Shown piece by piece: positions 28,768 to 38,287 of a stretch of DNA of 64,000 bases; position 1 is the stretch's first letter, and each line of letters starts with the position of its first letter. The stretch covers positions 793,303-857,302 of the forward strand of contig CAWJCL010000002.1 in assembly GCA_963841425.1 (NCBI GenBank). Reading direction: 5' to 3'. The notes beneath the pieces were generated by a model, which saw only the letters and a list, made by a program, of their open reading frames with translations, was not told the DNA's origin and did not search any database. The translations under genes were made by a program, and so were the position numbers. The stretch is from an uncultured Actinomycetes bacterium. GTDB taxonomy: Bacteria > Actinomycetota > Thermoleophilia > Gaiellales > Gaiellaceae.

Positions 28768-29458
28768 GGAAATCGACGAGGCGCTCGTTGAAACCGGTCG
28801 CGAGCTGCGGATTGTGGCCGGCGCCGGAAAGGACGGCCCGCTCGGCGCCCAGGCGCTCCTCGAGAACGTCGCAGACGGCGTCGAACGCACGACTCCAGCC
28901 GCCTGACACGACGAGCTTCGGGTACCGCGCCGTGGCGAGTGCGTCGAGCGGCGGGTCGGCCTCCCACGGGTAGCGCTCGACCGTCAGCGCGAGGGCGCCC
29001 TGCTCCAGCTCGGGCGTGAGCGGATCGGGAAGCTCGACGTCGCGGCCGGCGACAGCCGCATAGAAGCCGAGCAAGAACTCGCGAGCGTCCTCCGGCCCGT
29101 GCTCCCAGTGCGCGGTGAGTCGTTCGGCGAGCTCGTCCGCGGCGGGATCGCCCGCAGCCAGCCCGAAAGCAGGCGGCTCGAGCACGGTCAGCGAGGCGAG
29201 CTCCGGAAAGAGGCCGGCCGCGTAGAGCGATACGACGCCTCCGTACGAATGCCCGCAGAGATGGTCGCCTGGGGCGAGCCGTCCGCCGACCCAGGACGCC
29301 TGCTCTTCGAAGTCGATCCGCTCCTCGGGCCGGTTCGGCGGATACCCGGGCCGGTTCAGCACGACCAGCTCGTAGCGGTCGGAGAGCTCGCGCTGCCCCG
29401 CCCAGGCGGCGTCCCCGTTGCGAACGCTGCCGTGAACGAAGACGAGTCGTTCCACCAT
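28736..29458 (-). CDS. alpha/beta hydrolase
   Basis: Nucleophile elbow GHSYGG. Confidence 0.75.
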   Translation of the reverse strand: MVERLVFVHGSVRNGDAAWAGQRELSDRYELVVLNRPGYPPNRPEERIDFEEQASWVGGRLAPGDHLCGHSYGGVVSLYAAGLFPELASLTVLEPPAFGLAAGDPAADELAERLTAHWEHGPEDAREFLLGFYAAVAGRDVELPDPLTPELEQGALALTVERYPWEADPPLDALATARYPKLVVSGGWSRAFDAVCDVLEERLGAERAVLSGAGHNPQLATGFNERLVDFLTSSGARSPR

Positions 29459-30470
29459 GGCGACCCTAACCGAGCAAGGGGTTAGTCTCAGGCCGGTGCA
29501 CCTCGAGACGACGATCGCGCCGGTCCAGCCCTACTCGCTCGCTCTCTCCGCCCGGATGAAAAGCGACGCCACGCGCTTCCTCCGCGACGGCGTCCTCACA
29601 GTTGCGTACGAAACAAGCAGTGCTCCGGCTCTGGCACGGATCGTCCAGAAGCCGGATGGAAAGCTCGACGTCTCGATCGAGAGCCCGGAGCCGGAGGAGG
29701 CGCTCGCGAGGCTCCGCTTCTTCCTCGCCGCCGACGACGACCACGGCGAGTTCCTGCGGCGCTTCCGCGACGACCGGCTCATCGGGAACGCCGTCCGCAG
29801 CCTGCGGGGCATGCGGCCGATCCGGACTGCGACGGTCGTCCACTCGCTCTTGAAGGCCGTCTGCGGCCAGCTGATCGACTCGAGGTCGGCCAGGCTCCTC
29901 GAGGCGAAGCTTGTCCGCCTCGCGTGCCCGGAGCACGAGGGACTTCGTCTCCCTCCCACCCGGGAGACCTTCCAGCGCTTCACGCGTGCCGAGCTCGCGC
30001 GCCACGGCCTCGTCTCGCGCAAGGGCTCGGCGCTCCTCCGGCTGACGAAGGAGCTCGACCTCGAGCGGCTCCACGGCGTGTCGACGGAGGTGGCGGCGCG
30101 GAGAATCGAGCGCGAGCGTGGCCTCGGCCCCTGGTCGGCGGGGATGGTCTGCCTCTACGGGCTCGGGCGCTACGAGTGCGGGCTCGTCGGAGACCTCGGT
30201 CTCGTGAAGCTCGTCTCGGCAGAGCGCGGCCGCTGGGTCGAGACCGAGGAGACCCGCGACCTCCTCGAGCCCTACGAGGACTGGGCCGGCCTCGCAAGCA
30301 TCTACCTTCTGGCAGGGACCCCGAAGGGGAGGAGAGATGAAAGGCATACGACACTTCATGCGCAACTTCACCGCGACCGCCGTCAAGGAGCACCTGCGGT
30401 CGCAAATCGAGGACGCCCCCTCGCCGGAGCTGACCCCGAAAGAGATCGAGCTCGTGCGCTTCGTCCGTGA
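29457..30470 (+). CDS. DNA-3-methyladenine glycosylase II (AlkA-like, HhH-GPD)
   Basis: HhH-GPD region (GLGPWSAGMVCLYGLGR...GDLGL). The last ~45 aa are Arg-rich and may be read-through. Confidence 0.65.
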   Translation: MATLTEQGVSLRPVHLETTIAPVQPYSLALSARMKSDATRFLRDGVLTVAYETSSAPALARIVQKPDGKLDVSIESPEPEEALARLRFFLAADDDHGEFLRRFRDDRLIGNAVRSLRGMRPIRTATVVHSLLKAVCGQLIDSRSARLLEAKLVRLACPEHEGLRLPPTRETFQRFTRAELARHGLVSRKGSALLRLTKELDLERLHGVSTEVAARRIERERGLGPWSAGMVCLYGLGRYECGLVGDLGLVKLVSAERGRWVETEETRDLLEPYEDWAGLASIYLLAGTPKGRRDERHTTLHAQLHRDRRQGAPAVANRGRPLAGADPERDRARALRP

Positions 30471-30534
30471 CAGGCCGGTCGAGTGGGACCGTTTGCTGGC
30501 TACTCGGCCGGACGCAGCGTCGGGAAGAGGATGA
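30337..30534 (+). CDS. hypothetical small protein (overlaps the AlkA tail and the lysS end)
   Basis: ATG preceded by GGGGAGGAGAG. The composition is balanced rather than Arg/Pro-rich. Confidence 0.3.
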   Translation: MKGIRHFMRNFTATAVKEHLRSQIEDAPSPELTPKEIELVRFVRDRPVEWDRLLATRPDAASGRG

Positions 30535-31840
30535 CGTCGCGGATCGTCTCACGGCCCGTCAGCAGCATGGACAGCCTGTCGATGCCGAGCCCGAGGCCGG
30601 CGGTCGGCGGCATCCCGTAGGAGAGCGCCTCCACGTAGTCGGGATCCTCGGCGCCCATCTCGGCGAAGCGCGCGGCCTGCTCCCGCGCGTCGTTCAGCTC
30701 CGAGTAGGCGTTGCCGAGCTCCATCCCGCCCGCGAAGTACTCGAAGCGCTCGACGATCCCGTCCTCGCCCTCTTTCAAGCGCGCGAGCGGCGAGAGCTCG
30801 ACGGGGTAGTCGTGGAGGATCGTCGGCTGGACGAGCGTGGGCTCGACGAGATGGCTGAGCGCGTGGTCGACGAGCTGCGCCCACGTCTCGTCCGCGTCCG
30901 TGTCGACCTCCCGTTCCTGGAGCCGCTTGCGGAGGTCGTTCGCGTCACGCGTCCAGACGCCCTCCGCGTCGAGTGCCTCGATCAGGCTCAGCCGAGCCCA
31001 GGGCGGACGCAGCTCGATCTCGTTGCCGCGGAAGGCCACCGTCGTGGATCCGGTCGCCTCCTGGGCGACCGTGGCCACGAGATCCTCGATGCGAGCCATT
31101 GCATCCTCGTAGTCCGCGTAGGCCTCGTACCACTCGAGCATCGTGAACTCCGGCTGGTGCTTGTAGGAGATGCTCTCGTTGCGGAAGTCCTTGCCGATCT
31201 CGTAGACCCTCTCGAGGCCGCCGACGATGAGCCGCTTGAGGTAGAGCTCGTCGGCGATGCGGAGGTAGAGGTCGGCATCGAGCTCGTTCGAGTGCGTGAC
31301 GAACGGCTCGGCGAGCGCACCCCCGTAGCGCGGCTGCAGGATCGGCGTCTCGACCTCGACGAAGCCGCGCGCGTCGAGGTAGCGGCGGATCGCGGCGACG
31401 AGCTCGCTGCGGACGAGGAAGTCGCGGCGCGTCTCCTCGTTGACGAGGAGATCGAGGTAGCGCTTGCGATAGCGGGTCTCGGCGTCGACGAGGCCGTGGT
31501 AGGTGTCGGGCAGGGGACGCTCGATCTTCGCGAGAAGTTGGAGCTCCCTCACGGAGAGCGACGGCTCGCCGCGCTTCGTCTTCGTCGCATGGCCGCGCAC
31601 GCCGACCACGTCGCCCAGGTCGACGTCGAGGCCTCCGAGCTCGTCCGGCTGAGCCAGGAGCTGGATCTGTCCGCTGCGATCGACGAGGTCGAGGAAGACG
31701 AGCTTCCCCATGTCCCGCCGGCCCATGACGCGGCCGGCCAGCGTGTGCTCTGCGCCGGTCGCCTGTGGCTCGAGCGTCTCTGCCTCCGCCCGGACGGCAG
31801 CGATCTCCTCCCGGTCGGGAAAGCGGTGCGGAGCCTCCAT
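30500..31840 (-). CDS. lysS: lysine--tRNA ligase (class II)
   Basis: OB-fold anticodon-binding domain plus class II motifs (ETPILQ, FRNE, GLGIDRL). Confidence 0.9.
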   Translation of the reverse strand: MEAPHRFPDREEIAAVRAEAETLEPQATGAEHTLAGRVMGRRDMGKLVFLDLVDRSGQIQLLAQPDELGGLDVDLGDVVGVRGHATKTKRGEPSLSVRELQLLAKIERPLPDTYHGLVDAETRYRKRYLDLLVNEETRRDFLVRSELVAAIRRYLDARGFVEVETPILQPRYGGALAEPFVTHSNELDADLYLRIADELYLKRLIVGGLERVYEIGKDFRNESISYKHQPEFTMLEWYEAYADYEDAMARIEDLVATVAQEATGSTTVAFRGNEIELRPPWARLSLIEALDAEGVWTRDANDLRKRLQEREVDTDADETWAQLVDHALSHLVEPTLVQPTILHDYPVELSPLARLKEGEDGIVERFEYFAGGMELGNAYSELNDAREQAARFAEMGAEDPDYVEALSYGMPPTAGLGLGIDRLSMLLTGRETIRDVILFPTLRPAE

Positions 31841-31875
31841 GACTGGGCGAGTCTAGAGGGCGGCCTGACGGGCAG

Positions 31876-32211
31876 TCAGGATTCGACAACGCACTCAGCC
31901 GTCACCGTTCCGTCCTGATTCGACACCTTGACGGTCACGGCATTCGTCTCCCCATACGCAGGGTCCGAGATTCCAGCGACGCCGGTACCGGGCTTCGTAA
32001 CGACCGCTCCGAACGGCGTGCCGTCGACAACGCACACGATCTTGTCTCCAGGCTGAACCGCGTCGGGCTCGAGGGTGACCTTCTGATTGGGCTCGACCGT
32101 GATCGTTCGGGGCGGGCGTTCGACCCGAGGCGTCTGCGAATGAGTCGTCGCCTCGCTCGCACAACCTGAGAACGCGAGCACCACCAGGGCGATGACGACG
32201 GGGATTCTCAC
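31876..32211 (-). CDS. small lipoprotein
   Basis: GTG start and lipobox (VVLAFSGC). Confidence 0.55.
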   Translation of the reverse strand: MRIPVVIALVVLAFSGCASEATTHSQTPRVERPPRTITVEPNQKVTLEPDAVQPGDKIVCVVDGTPFGAVVTKPGTGVAGISDPAYGETNAVTVKVSNQDGTVTAECVVES

Positions 32212-32308
32212 GCCGGTTCGACGCCCGAACCCCCGGGAATGTTCCCGCCGCGCTCGCCGGTGTCCGTCGGCCGAAATCGCGGCGTAGCCGAAGATTTCGG
32301 CCGAAAAA

Positions 32309-32782
32309 CTAGGCGGCTTTGATGTCCATGATCTTGAACTTCAGCGATCCGCGCGGGGCGGCGACCTCGACGGTCTCGCCCTTCTTGTGCCCCATGATCG
32401 CCTTGCCGACCGGCGACTCGTTGGAGAGCTTGTACTCGGCGGGGTTCGCCTCGGCCGAGCCGACGATGTGGTACTCGATCGTCTCGCGCGCGTCGACGTC
32501 GCGCAGGCGAACCTTCGTCCCGACGGCGACGACGCCGGTCGGGATCTCCTTCTTGTTCACCACACGCGCGCTCGCGAGGCGCTCTTCGAGCGTGGCGATG
32601 CGGTGCTCGAGCATGGCCTGCTCGTTCTTGGCATCGTCGTATTCGGAGTTCTCGGTGATGTCCCCGAACTCGCGAGCCTGCTTGATGCGCTCGGCCACCT
32701 CGCGCCGTTTCACGGTCGAGAGGTGCTCGATCTCTTCCTTCAGCTTGTTGTGCCCTTCAGCGGTGAGAATGACTTCCTTCAC
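32309..32782 (-). CDS. greA: transcription elongation factor GreA
   Basis: GTG 32782 is preceded by GGAGGA. Motifs ENSEYDDAKNEQ and the C-terminal domain. Confidence 0.9.
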   Translation of the reverse strand: MKEVILTAEGHNKLKEEIEHLSTVKRREVAERIKQAREFGDITENSEYDDAKNEQAMLEHRIATLEERLASARVVNKKEIPTGVVAVGTKVRLRDVDARETIEYHIVGSAEANPAEYKLSNESPVGKAIMGHKKGETVEVAAPRGSLKFKIMDIKAA

Positions 32783-32900
32783 TGGTTCCTCCAAAGCCCC
32801 TGAATACGCAAACGCGGTGCCCCCCGGCACCGTCGCGGGCGACATTGTAGCGGTCTCGTCAAACGGAGAACGCTCGTGGCGCGGCTACGATTCCCATTTC

Positions 32901-33959
32901 ATGTGTGCCGACTTAAACACCCCTTGGACGATCGGCTCCGTCGAGATCCCGACACGGCTCGTGCTCGCCCCGATGGCAGGGGTGAGCGTGCAGGCGTTCC
33001 GCCGCCAGGGACGCCGTTACGGGGCCGGATTGGTGTGCTCGGAAATGGTGAGCTGCGCCGGTCTCTCGCACCGGAACGAACGCACGCTCGGGTACCTGCG
33101 CATCGGCGGCGACGAGCATCCGCTCGCCGTGCAGATCTTCGGTTCGGAGCCCGGGGTCATGGCGGAGGCGGCACGGATGGTCGAGGCCGCCGGCGCCGAC
33201 CTCGTGGACATCAACTTCGGCTGCCCCGTCCGCAAGGTGACGAAGACCGGCGCGGGCGCCTCCCTCCTCGACGAGCCGCACCGCGCCGCAGCGATCGTCG
33301 AGGCGGTCGCCGAGGCCGTGGACGTACCGGTCTGCGTGAAGATGCGCCGCGGCGTCGAGAACGGCTCGCGCACATCCCTCGAGGTCGGCCCCCAGCTCGT
33401 CGACGCGGGAGCCGCGTCGCTGACACTGCATCCGCGCTCCGCCCGGCAGATGTACACCGGCACCGCCGACCACACGCTGACGGCCGAGCTCGTCGAGCTC
33501 GTGGACGTGCCCGTGGTCGCCTCGGGCGACATCACGAGCCGCGAGCGCGCCGAGTCCGTCCTCGAGGAGACCGGCTGCGCCGCCGTCATGGTCGGCCGCG
33601 TCGCGCAGGGGAACCCCTGGGCGGTCGGCGAGATCGCGGGGATCGTCGACGGCACGCCCACGCGGGAGGAGGTCGTCGCCGAGCTCCTCCACTTCGTCCG
33701 CGACACAGTCGCGGAGATGGGCGAGCAGCGCGCGACGGGCTTCCTGAAGAAGTTCTACGGGTGGTATCTCGGGCGCGGGCGCTTCCCGAAGCCGTTTGCC
33801 AACGAGCTCGTCCGCCTCGAGACGATCGAGCAGGTGGAGGAGCGGCTCCTCGCCGCGGCGCCCGGTGCCGACGAGGTGTTGGCGCGCCTCGAAGCGGACC
33901 TCCCGTCGACGGAGAACGTCGTCCTGGATCTGCCAGTCTCCATCTACGCCGGGGGGTAG
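32901..33959 (+). CDS. dus: tRNA-dihydrouridine synthase
   Basis: Starts at ATG 32901. Motifs LAPMAGVS, DINFGCPV and VKMR. Confidence 0.85.
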   Translation: MCADLNTPWTIGSVEIPTRLVLAPMAGVSVQAFRRQGRRYGAGLVCSEMVSCAGLSHRNERTLGYLRIGGDEHPLAVQIFGSEPGVMAEAARMVEAAGADLVDINFGCPVRKVTKTGAGASLLDEPHRAAAIVEAVAEAVDVPVCVKMRRGVENGSRTSLEVGPQLVDAGAASLTLHPRSARQMYTGTADHTLTAELVELVDVPVVASGDITSRERAESVLEETGCAAVMVGRVAQGNPWAVGEIAGIVDGTPTREEVVAELLHFVRDTVAEMGEQRATGFLKKFYGWYLGRGRFPKPFANELVRLETIEQVEERLLAAAPGADEVLARLEADLPSTENVVLDLPVSIYAGG

Positions 33960-33987
33960 TCCGACCCGCCGCCGGTAAAATTCCAGG

Positions 33988-36900
33988 ATGGCGGCAGTTA
34001 CGACAAGAGGAGAACGCCGCATCGTCACGGCGCTGATCGCCGACGTCGTCGGCTCGACCGCGATCGGCGAGCAGCTGGGGCCCGAGCGCTCGAAGCTTCT
34101 CATCGACGAGGTGATGCGGCTGATGGCCGAGCACGTGCGCCGCTACGAGGGCACGGTCGCCCAACTGGTCGGCGACGAGCTCCTCGCCTTCTTCGGCGCG
34201 CCCGTGTCGCACGAGGACGACTCGGAGCGCGCCGTCAGGGCCGCGCTCGCCATCCAGCGCGCCGTGCAGTCCTACGCGCAGGAGGTAAAGGACGCCTACG
34301 GGATCGATCTCGCCGTGCGCATCGGGATCAACACGGGGCCTGTCGTCGTCGGCATGGAGGCCGACGGCGACGGCGATCCCTGGAACGCGCTCGGCGACAC
34401 GGTCAACGTCGCGGCGCGCCTGCAGAACATCGCCCCCGAAGGCGGCATCGTCGTCGGCCCGACCACCGAGCGCCAGGTCGAAGAGTGCTTCGAGGTCGAG
34501 GAGCTCGAGACCCCTGAGCTCAAGGGCATCTCGAAGAAGCTCCGCGTCTACAAGATCGTGGGCGCGCGCGAGATGGAGCATCCCGAGCCCTCGCACCCGA
34601 TCGTCGGCCGCGACTTCGAGCTGAGCGTGCTCGAGCGCGTCATGGAAGGTCTCATCGAGGGCCGTGGCGCGATCGTCTCGGTCATGGGCGAGCCGGGCAT
34701 CGGCAAGTCCCGCCTCGTCTGGGAGGTGCGCACCCGCTACCGGGACCGCGTCCGCTTCATCGAGGGCCGCTCCGTGTCGTACGCACAGACCTTTCCCTAC
34801 TGGCCGATCCGGGACCTCCTGCGGGAGTGGCTCGGCGTCGGCGCCTCGACGCCGGAGGCGCGTGTCCGGCTCGAGCTCAAGGCCGAGCTCGCCGGGCTAT
34901 TCGGCGAGGAGGCCGAAGACGTCTATCCGTTCTTCGCCAACCTCCTGAACCTCACCCTCGAGCCGGACGCGGCGCAGCGGATCCGCGAGCTCAACAGGGA
35001 GAGCATCCAGACGGCGACGTTCGAAGCCTTCTACGAGTTCATTTGCAAGCTCGCAGAGGAGCAGCCGCTCGGCCTCGTCTTCGAGGACCTGCACTGGGGG
35101 GACGAGTCGACTCTCGAGCTGATCGAGTCGCTCCTGGGCGTGACTGAGGAGTCGTCCGTGGCGCTCTTCCTGCTCTACCGCACGGAGCGGGAGCACGGCG
35201 TCTGGAGCCTCGGCGAGCACGCGCGGCAGCGCTACCCGCACCGCTACCGCGAAGTCGAGGTGCGGCCGCTTCCGGCCGACGCGTCCAGGTCTCTTACCAC
35301 GCTCTCCGCGGAAGGCGAGCTCCCGGAGACCGTCATCGACCATCTCGCCCAGCGGTCCGGCGGGAACCCATTCTTCCTCGAGGAGGCGCTCCGCGACCTC
35401 GTCGAGCGCGGCGCGCTCGTGAAGGAGAACGGCAAGTGGGAGATGGCCGTGACCGAGGACGAGCTCGCAATCCCCGCTCTCGTCCAGGGCGCGCTGCAGG
35501 CCCGCCTCGACCGGCTCGAGCCGCAGACGCGCGAGGTGCTGTCGTTCGCAGCCGTCATCGGAAGGACGTTCGGGCTCCAGCTCCTCGAGAAGCTCGTGCC
35601 GCGCGAGCAGCTGCAGCCGGCGCTCACCGAGCTGCAGCGACTCGACCTGATCGTCGAGGTGCGCCGCCGCCCGAACCCGGAGTACCGCTTCCGCCACGGG
35701 CTCGTCCAGGAGGTCGCCTATGCGAGCCTCGTCGAGACGACGCGCAAGAAGCTCCACAAGCGCGTCGGAGAGGCCCTGGAGGAGATCTACCGCGAGTCCC
35801 CCGAGGAGAGCTACGCGCTGCTCGCCCGCCACTTCAGCGAGGCCGACGTGCCCGACAAAGCGGTCGACTACCTCCTCAAGGCCGGCGACCGCGCGCGTTC
35901 GATCTACGCCGACCAGGAGGCACTCGAGCACTACCGCGCGGCGCGCACGTTCCTGGCGCGGATCGGGGACGAGGCGCGCGCCCGCGACACGCTCTTCAAG
36001 ATGGCGCTCACCTACCACCTCGCCTTCGACTTCGAGAGCGCTGAGGAGATGTACGACGAGGCGTTCTCCTGCAGGGTCGAGGAGGAGCAGCGGCTGGAGC
36101 CGACCGAGCACCTGTCGACCGCGGTGTCGAAGCCCGATGCCGTCGTCCCCGGCCACGTCTACTCGACGGAGGGCCTGAAGATCACCGAGCAGCTCTTCAA
36201 GGGCCTGCTCATGATCGACGACGAGCTGAACGTCCTCCCGTCGATGGCGGACAACATGCGCGTCTCGAGCGACGGGCTCACGTACCTCTTCCGCCTCCGC
36301 GAGGGCGTGCGCTGGAGCGACGGCGAGCCGCTGACGGCCGACGACTTCGCCTTCACGTGGATGCGCATGCGCGAGCTCGAGACCCGCACGTCGTTCCTCA
36401 TGGAGGACGTCGAGACCGCCGAGGCACTCGACGACCGCACCCTCGAGCTCACGCTGCGCGAGCCGCGCAGCTTCTTCCCCTACGTCCTCGCCTCCCCTTG
36501 GGCCTTCCCCTGGCCGCGGCACCGCTGCGAGCAGCTCGGAGAGGACTGGCACCGGCCCGAGAATCTCGTCTCCAACGGCCCCTTCACGCTGACGGAGTTC
36601 GACGATGAGCACGCGCTCCTGACCGCGAACCCCTATTGGAACGGGCCGCGCGGCAACGTGCGCGAGATCGAGATCCCGTTCATCGAGACGAGCCGCGAGA
36701 TGATCGAGCGCTGGACGACCGGCGAGTTCGACGTCGTCACGGTCTGGAACCTGGAGATCACCGAGGCTCCGGACACGCTCTACGAGCTCATCCCCGACCT
36801 GCACACGCGCTACGTCGGCTTCTCGGTCGACAAGCCGCCGTTCTCGAACAAGCACGTCCGCAAGGCGTTCGCGCATGCAGTCAACCGCGAGGCGCTCCTA

Positions 36901-37554
36901 CGCGACGTCGACAGCGAGCGCGCCTCGACGCGGGGCGGGGCGATCCCGCCGGCGATGCCCGGCCACTCGCACCGCGTCGGGCCCGAGTACGACCCCGAGA
37001 CCGCGCGCCGGCTCCTCGCAGAAGCGGGCTATCCGGATGGCCGCGGCCTCCCCGAGCTCAAGATGCTCGTCCCGCCCTGGCTCATGCCGACCGCGAAGCT
37101 CCTGGCCGAGCAGGTCGCCGAGATCGGGTTCCGCCTGGACTACCGCGCGGCAGACGGAAAGTTCTGGTCGGCGAACCTCGAGGACGAGCACCTGTGGGTC
37201 AGCGGGTTCGGCGCCGACTACCCCGATCCGGACGGCTTCTTCCGCGGGCTCTTCCGGGAGCCGTTCCCGTTCTACCGGGACGACGAGATCGAGGAGAAGA
37301 TCATCGAGGCCCGGTCGCTCGACAACCAGCCCGAGCGCATGAAGCTCTACCACGAGATCGACAAGCTCTGGGTGAGCGAGCACGCGGCGATCCTCCCCAT
37401 CGCCTACGGGCGCAGCGTCGCGGCCCGCAGGCCGTGGATCGACGGCTTCTGGGCGAACCCGCTCTCGAAGGCGAGTCTCGACCGGGTCGTGGTCGAGAGC
37501 CGGTCAGCCGTCGCGCCGGCCCCAGAGGAGCCGGAGGCCGTCCAGAGTCAGTAG
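33988..37554 (+). CDS. multidomain signalling protein: class III adenylate/guanylate cyclase + STAND (AAA_16-type) ATPase + helical/TPR region + family-5 solute-binding (OppA/DppA-like) domain
   Basis: Cyclase motifs IADVVGST, LVGDELLAFFGAP and GDTVNVAARL. Walker A GEPGIGKS. The C-terminal ~500 aa are SBP_bac_5-like (GLLMIDDELNVLPSMADNMRVSSDGLTYLFRLREGVRWSDGEPLTADDF...NPYW). No signal peptide or TM segment was seen. Confidence 0.85.
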   Translation: MAAVTTRGERRIVTALIADVVGSTAIGEQLGPERSKLLIDEVMRLMAEHVRRYEGTVAQLVGDELLAFFGAPVSHEDDSERAVRAALAIQRAVQSYAQEVKDAYGIDLAVRIGINTGPVVVGMEADGDGDPWNALGDTVNVAARLQNIAPEGGIVVGPTTERQVEECFEVEELETPELKGISKKLRVYKIVGAREMEHPEPSHPIVGRDFELSVLERVMEGLIEGRGAIVSVMGEPGIGKSRLVWEVRTRYRDRVRFIEGRSVSYAQTFPYWPIRDLLREWLGVGASTPEARVRLELKAELAGLFGEEAEDVYPFFANLLNLTLEPDAAQRIRELNRESIQTATFEAFYEFICKLAEEQPLGLVFEDLHWGDESTLELIESLLGVTEESSVALFLLYRTEREHGVWSLGEHARQRYPHRYREVEVRPLPADASRSLTTLSAEGELPETVIDHLAQRSGGNPFFLEEALRDLVERGALVKENGKWEMAVTEDELAIPALVQGALQARLDRLEPQTREVLSFAAVIGRTFGLQLLEKLVPREQLQPALTELQRLDLIVEVRRRPNPEYRFRHGLVQEVAYASLVETTRKKLHKRVGEALEEIYRESPEESYALLARHFSEADVPDKAVDYLLKAGDRARSIYADQEALEHYRAARTFLARIGDEARARDTLFKMALTYHLAFDFESAEEMYDEAFSCRVEEEQRLEPTEHLSTAVSKPDAVVPGHVYSTEGLKITEQLFKGLLMIDDELNVLPSMADNMRVSSDGLTYLFRLREGVRWSDGEPLTADDFAFTWMRMRELETRTSFLMEDVETAEALDDRTLELTLREPRSFFPYVLASPWAFPWPRHRCEQLGEDWHRPENLVSNGPFTLTEFDDEHALLTANPYWNGPRGNVREIEIPFIETSREMIERWTTGEFDVVTVWNLEITEAPDTLYELIPDLHTRYVGFSVDKPPFSNKHVRKAFAHAVNREALLRDVDSERASTRGGAIPPAMPGHSHRVGPEYDPETARRLLAEAGYPDGRGLPELKMLVPPWLMPTAKLLAEQVAEIGFRLDYRAADGKFWSANLEDEHLWVSGFGADYPDPDGFFRGLFREPFPFYRDDEIEEKIIEARSLDNQPERMKLYHEIDKLWVSEHAAILPIAYGRSVAARRPWIDGFWANPLSKASLDRVVVESRSAVAPAPEEPEAVQSQ

Positions 37555-38271
37555 CGGGTCGACCTGCTCGATCGTCTTCGAGTGGGGCGCGATCAGCTCG
37601 GCCAACCCGCCGGTGGCGATCACCTTGGCGCCGCCGCCGAGCTCCTCCTGCATCCGCTCGACGATGCCGTCCACCTGGCCGGCGAACCCGTAGAAGAGAC
37701 CGGCCTGCAGCCCGGCCACCGTCGTCTTGCCGATGGCCGTGTCCGGCGCGACGAGGTCGACCTTCACGAGGCGCGCCGCCCGTGCGAAGAGCGCGTCCAT
37801 GGAGATCTCGATCCCGGGCGCGATCACTCCGCCGACGTACTCTCCGGCCGCCGAGACCGCGTCGAAGTTCGTCGATGTCCCGAAGTCGACCACGATGCAG
37901 GGCGCGCCGAAGCGCTCCCGCGCCGAGACCGCGTTCACGATGCGGTCGGGACCGACCTGGCGCGGATCGTCGAAGAGGACAGGGATGCCGGTCTTCGTTC
38001 CCGGCCCGACGACGAGGAGCGGCGCGTGTGCGTAGCGGTCGGCCAGCTCCTCGTAGGAGCGCACGAGCGAGGGCACGGTCGAGGAGAGCGCGACGCCGTC
38101 CACCTCCTCGAAGCCGAGGTCGCGGAGCTCGAGGAGGCGGACGACGAGCGCGGCGATCTCGTCGCCGGTGCGCTCGGCCTCGGTCGCCACGCGCCAGTGC
38201 TCGACGAGCAAGTCGCCGTCGTAGAGCCCGAGCACCGTCTGCGTGTTGCCGACGTCGACGGCCAGCAACAT
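37504..38271 (-). CDS. coaX: type III pantothenate kinase
   Basis: Motifs LLAVDVGNT and DFGT. Confidence 0.9.
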   Translation of the reverse strand: MLLAVDVGNTQTVLGLYDGDLLVEHWRVATEAERTGDEIAALVVRLLELRDLGFEEVDGVALSSTVPSLVRSYEELADRYAHAPLLVVGPGTKTGIPVLFDDPRQVGPDRIVNAVSARERFGAPCIVVDFGTSTNFDAVSAAGEYVGGVIAPGIEISMDALFARAARLVKVDLVAPDTAIGKTTVAGLQAGLFYGFAGQVDGIVERMQEELGGGAKVIATGGLAELIAPHSKTIEQVDPLLTLDGLRLLWGRRDG

Positions 38272-38287
38272 TCGGCTCAGAGCCTTC

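Noticed and set aside
32269-32302. 10-bp perfect hairpin (GGCCGAAATC...GATTTCGGCC) after greA, considered as an intrinsic terminator
   Set aside because: On the transcribed (minus) strand the T run precedes the stem rather than following it. It may still be a processing or attenuation element, but I cannot support a terminator call.
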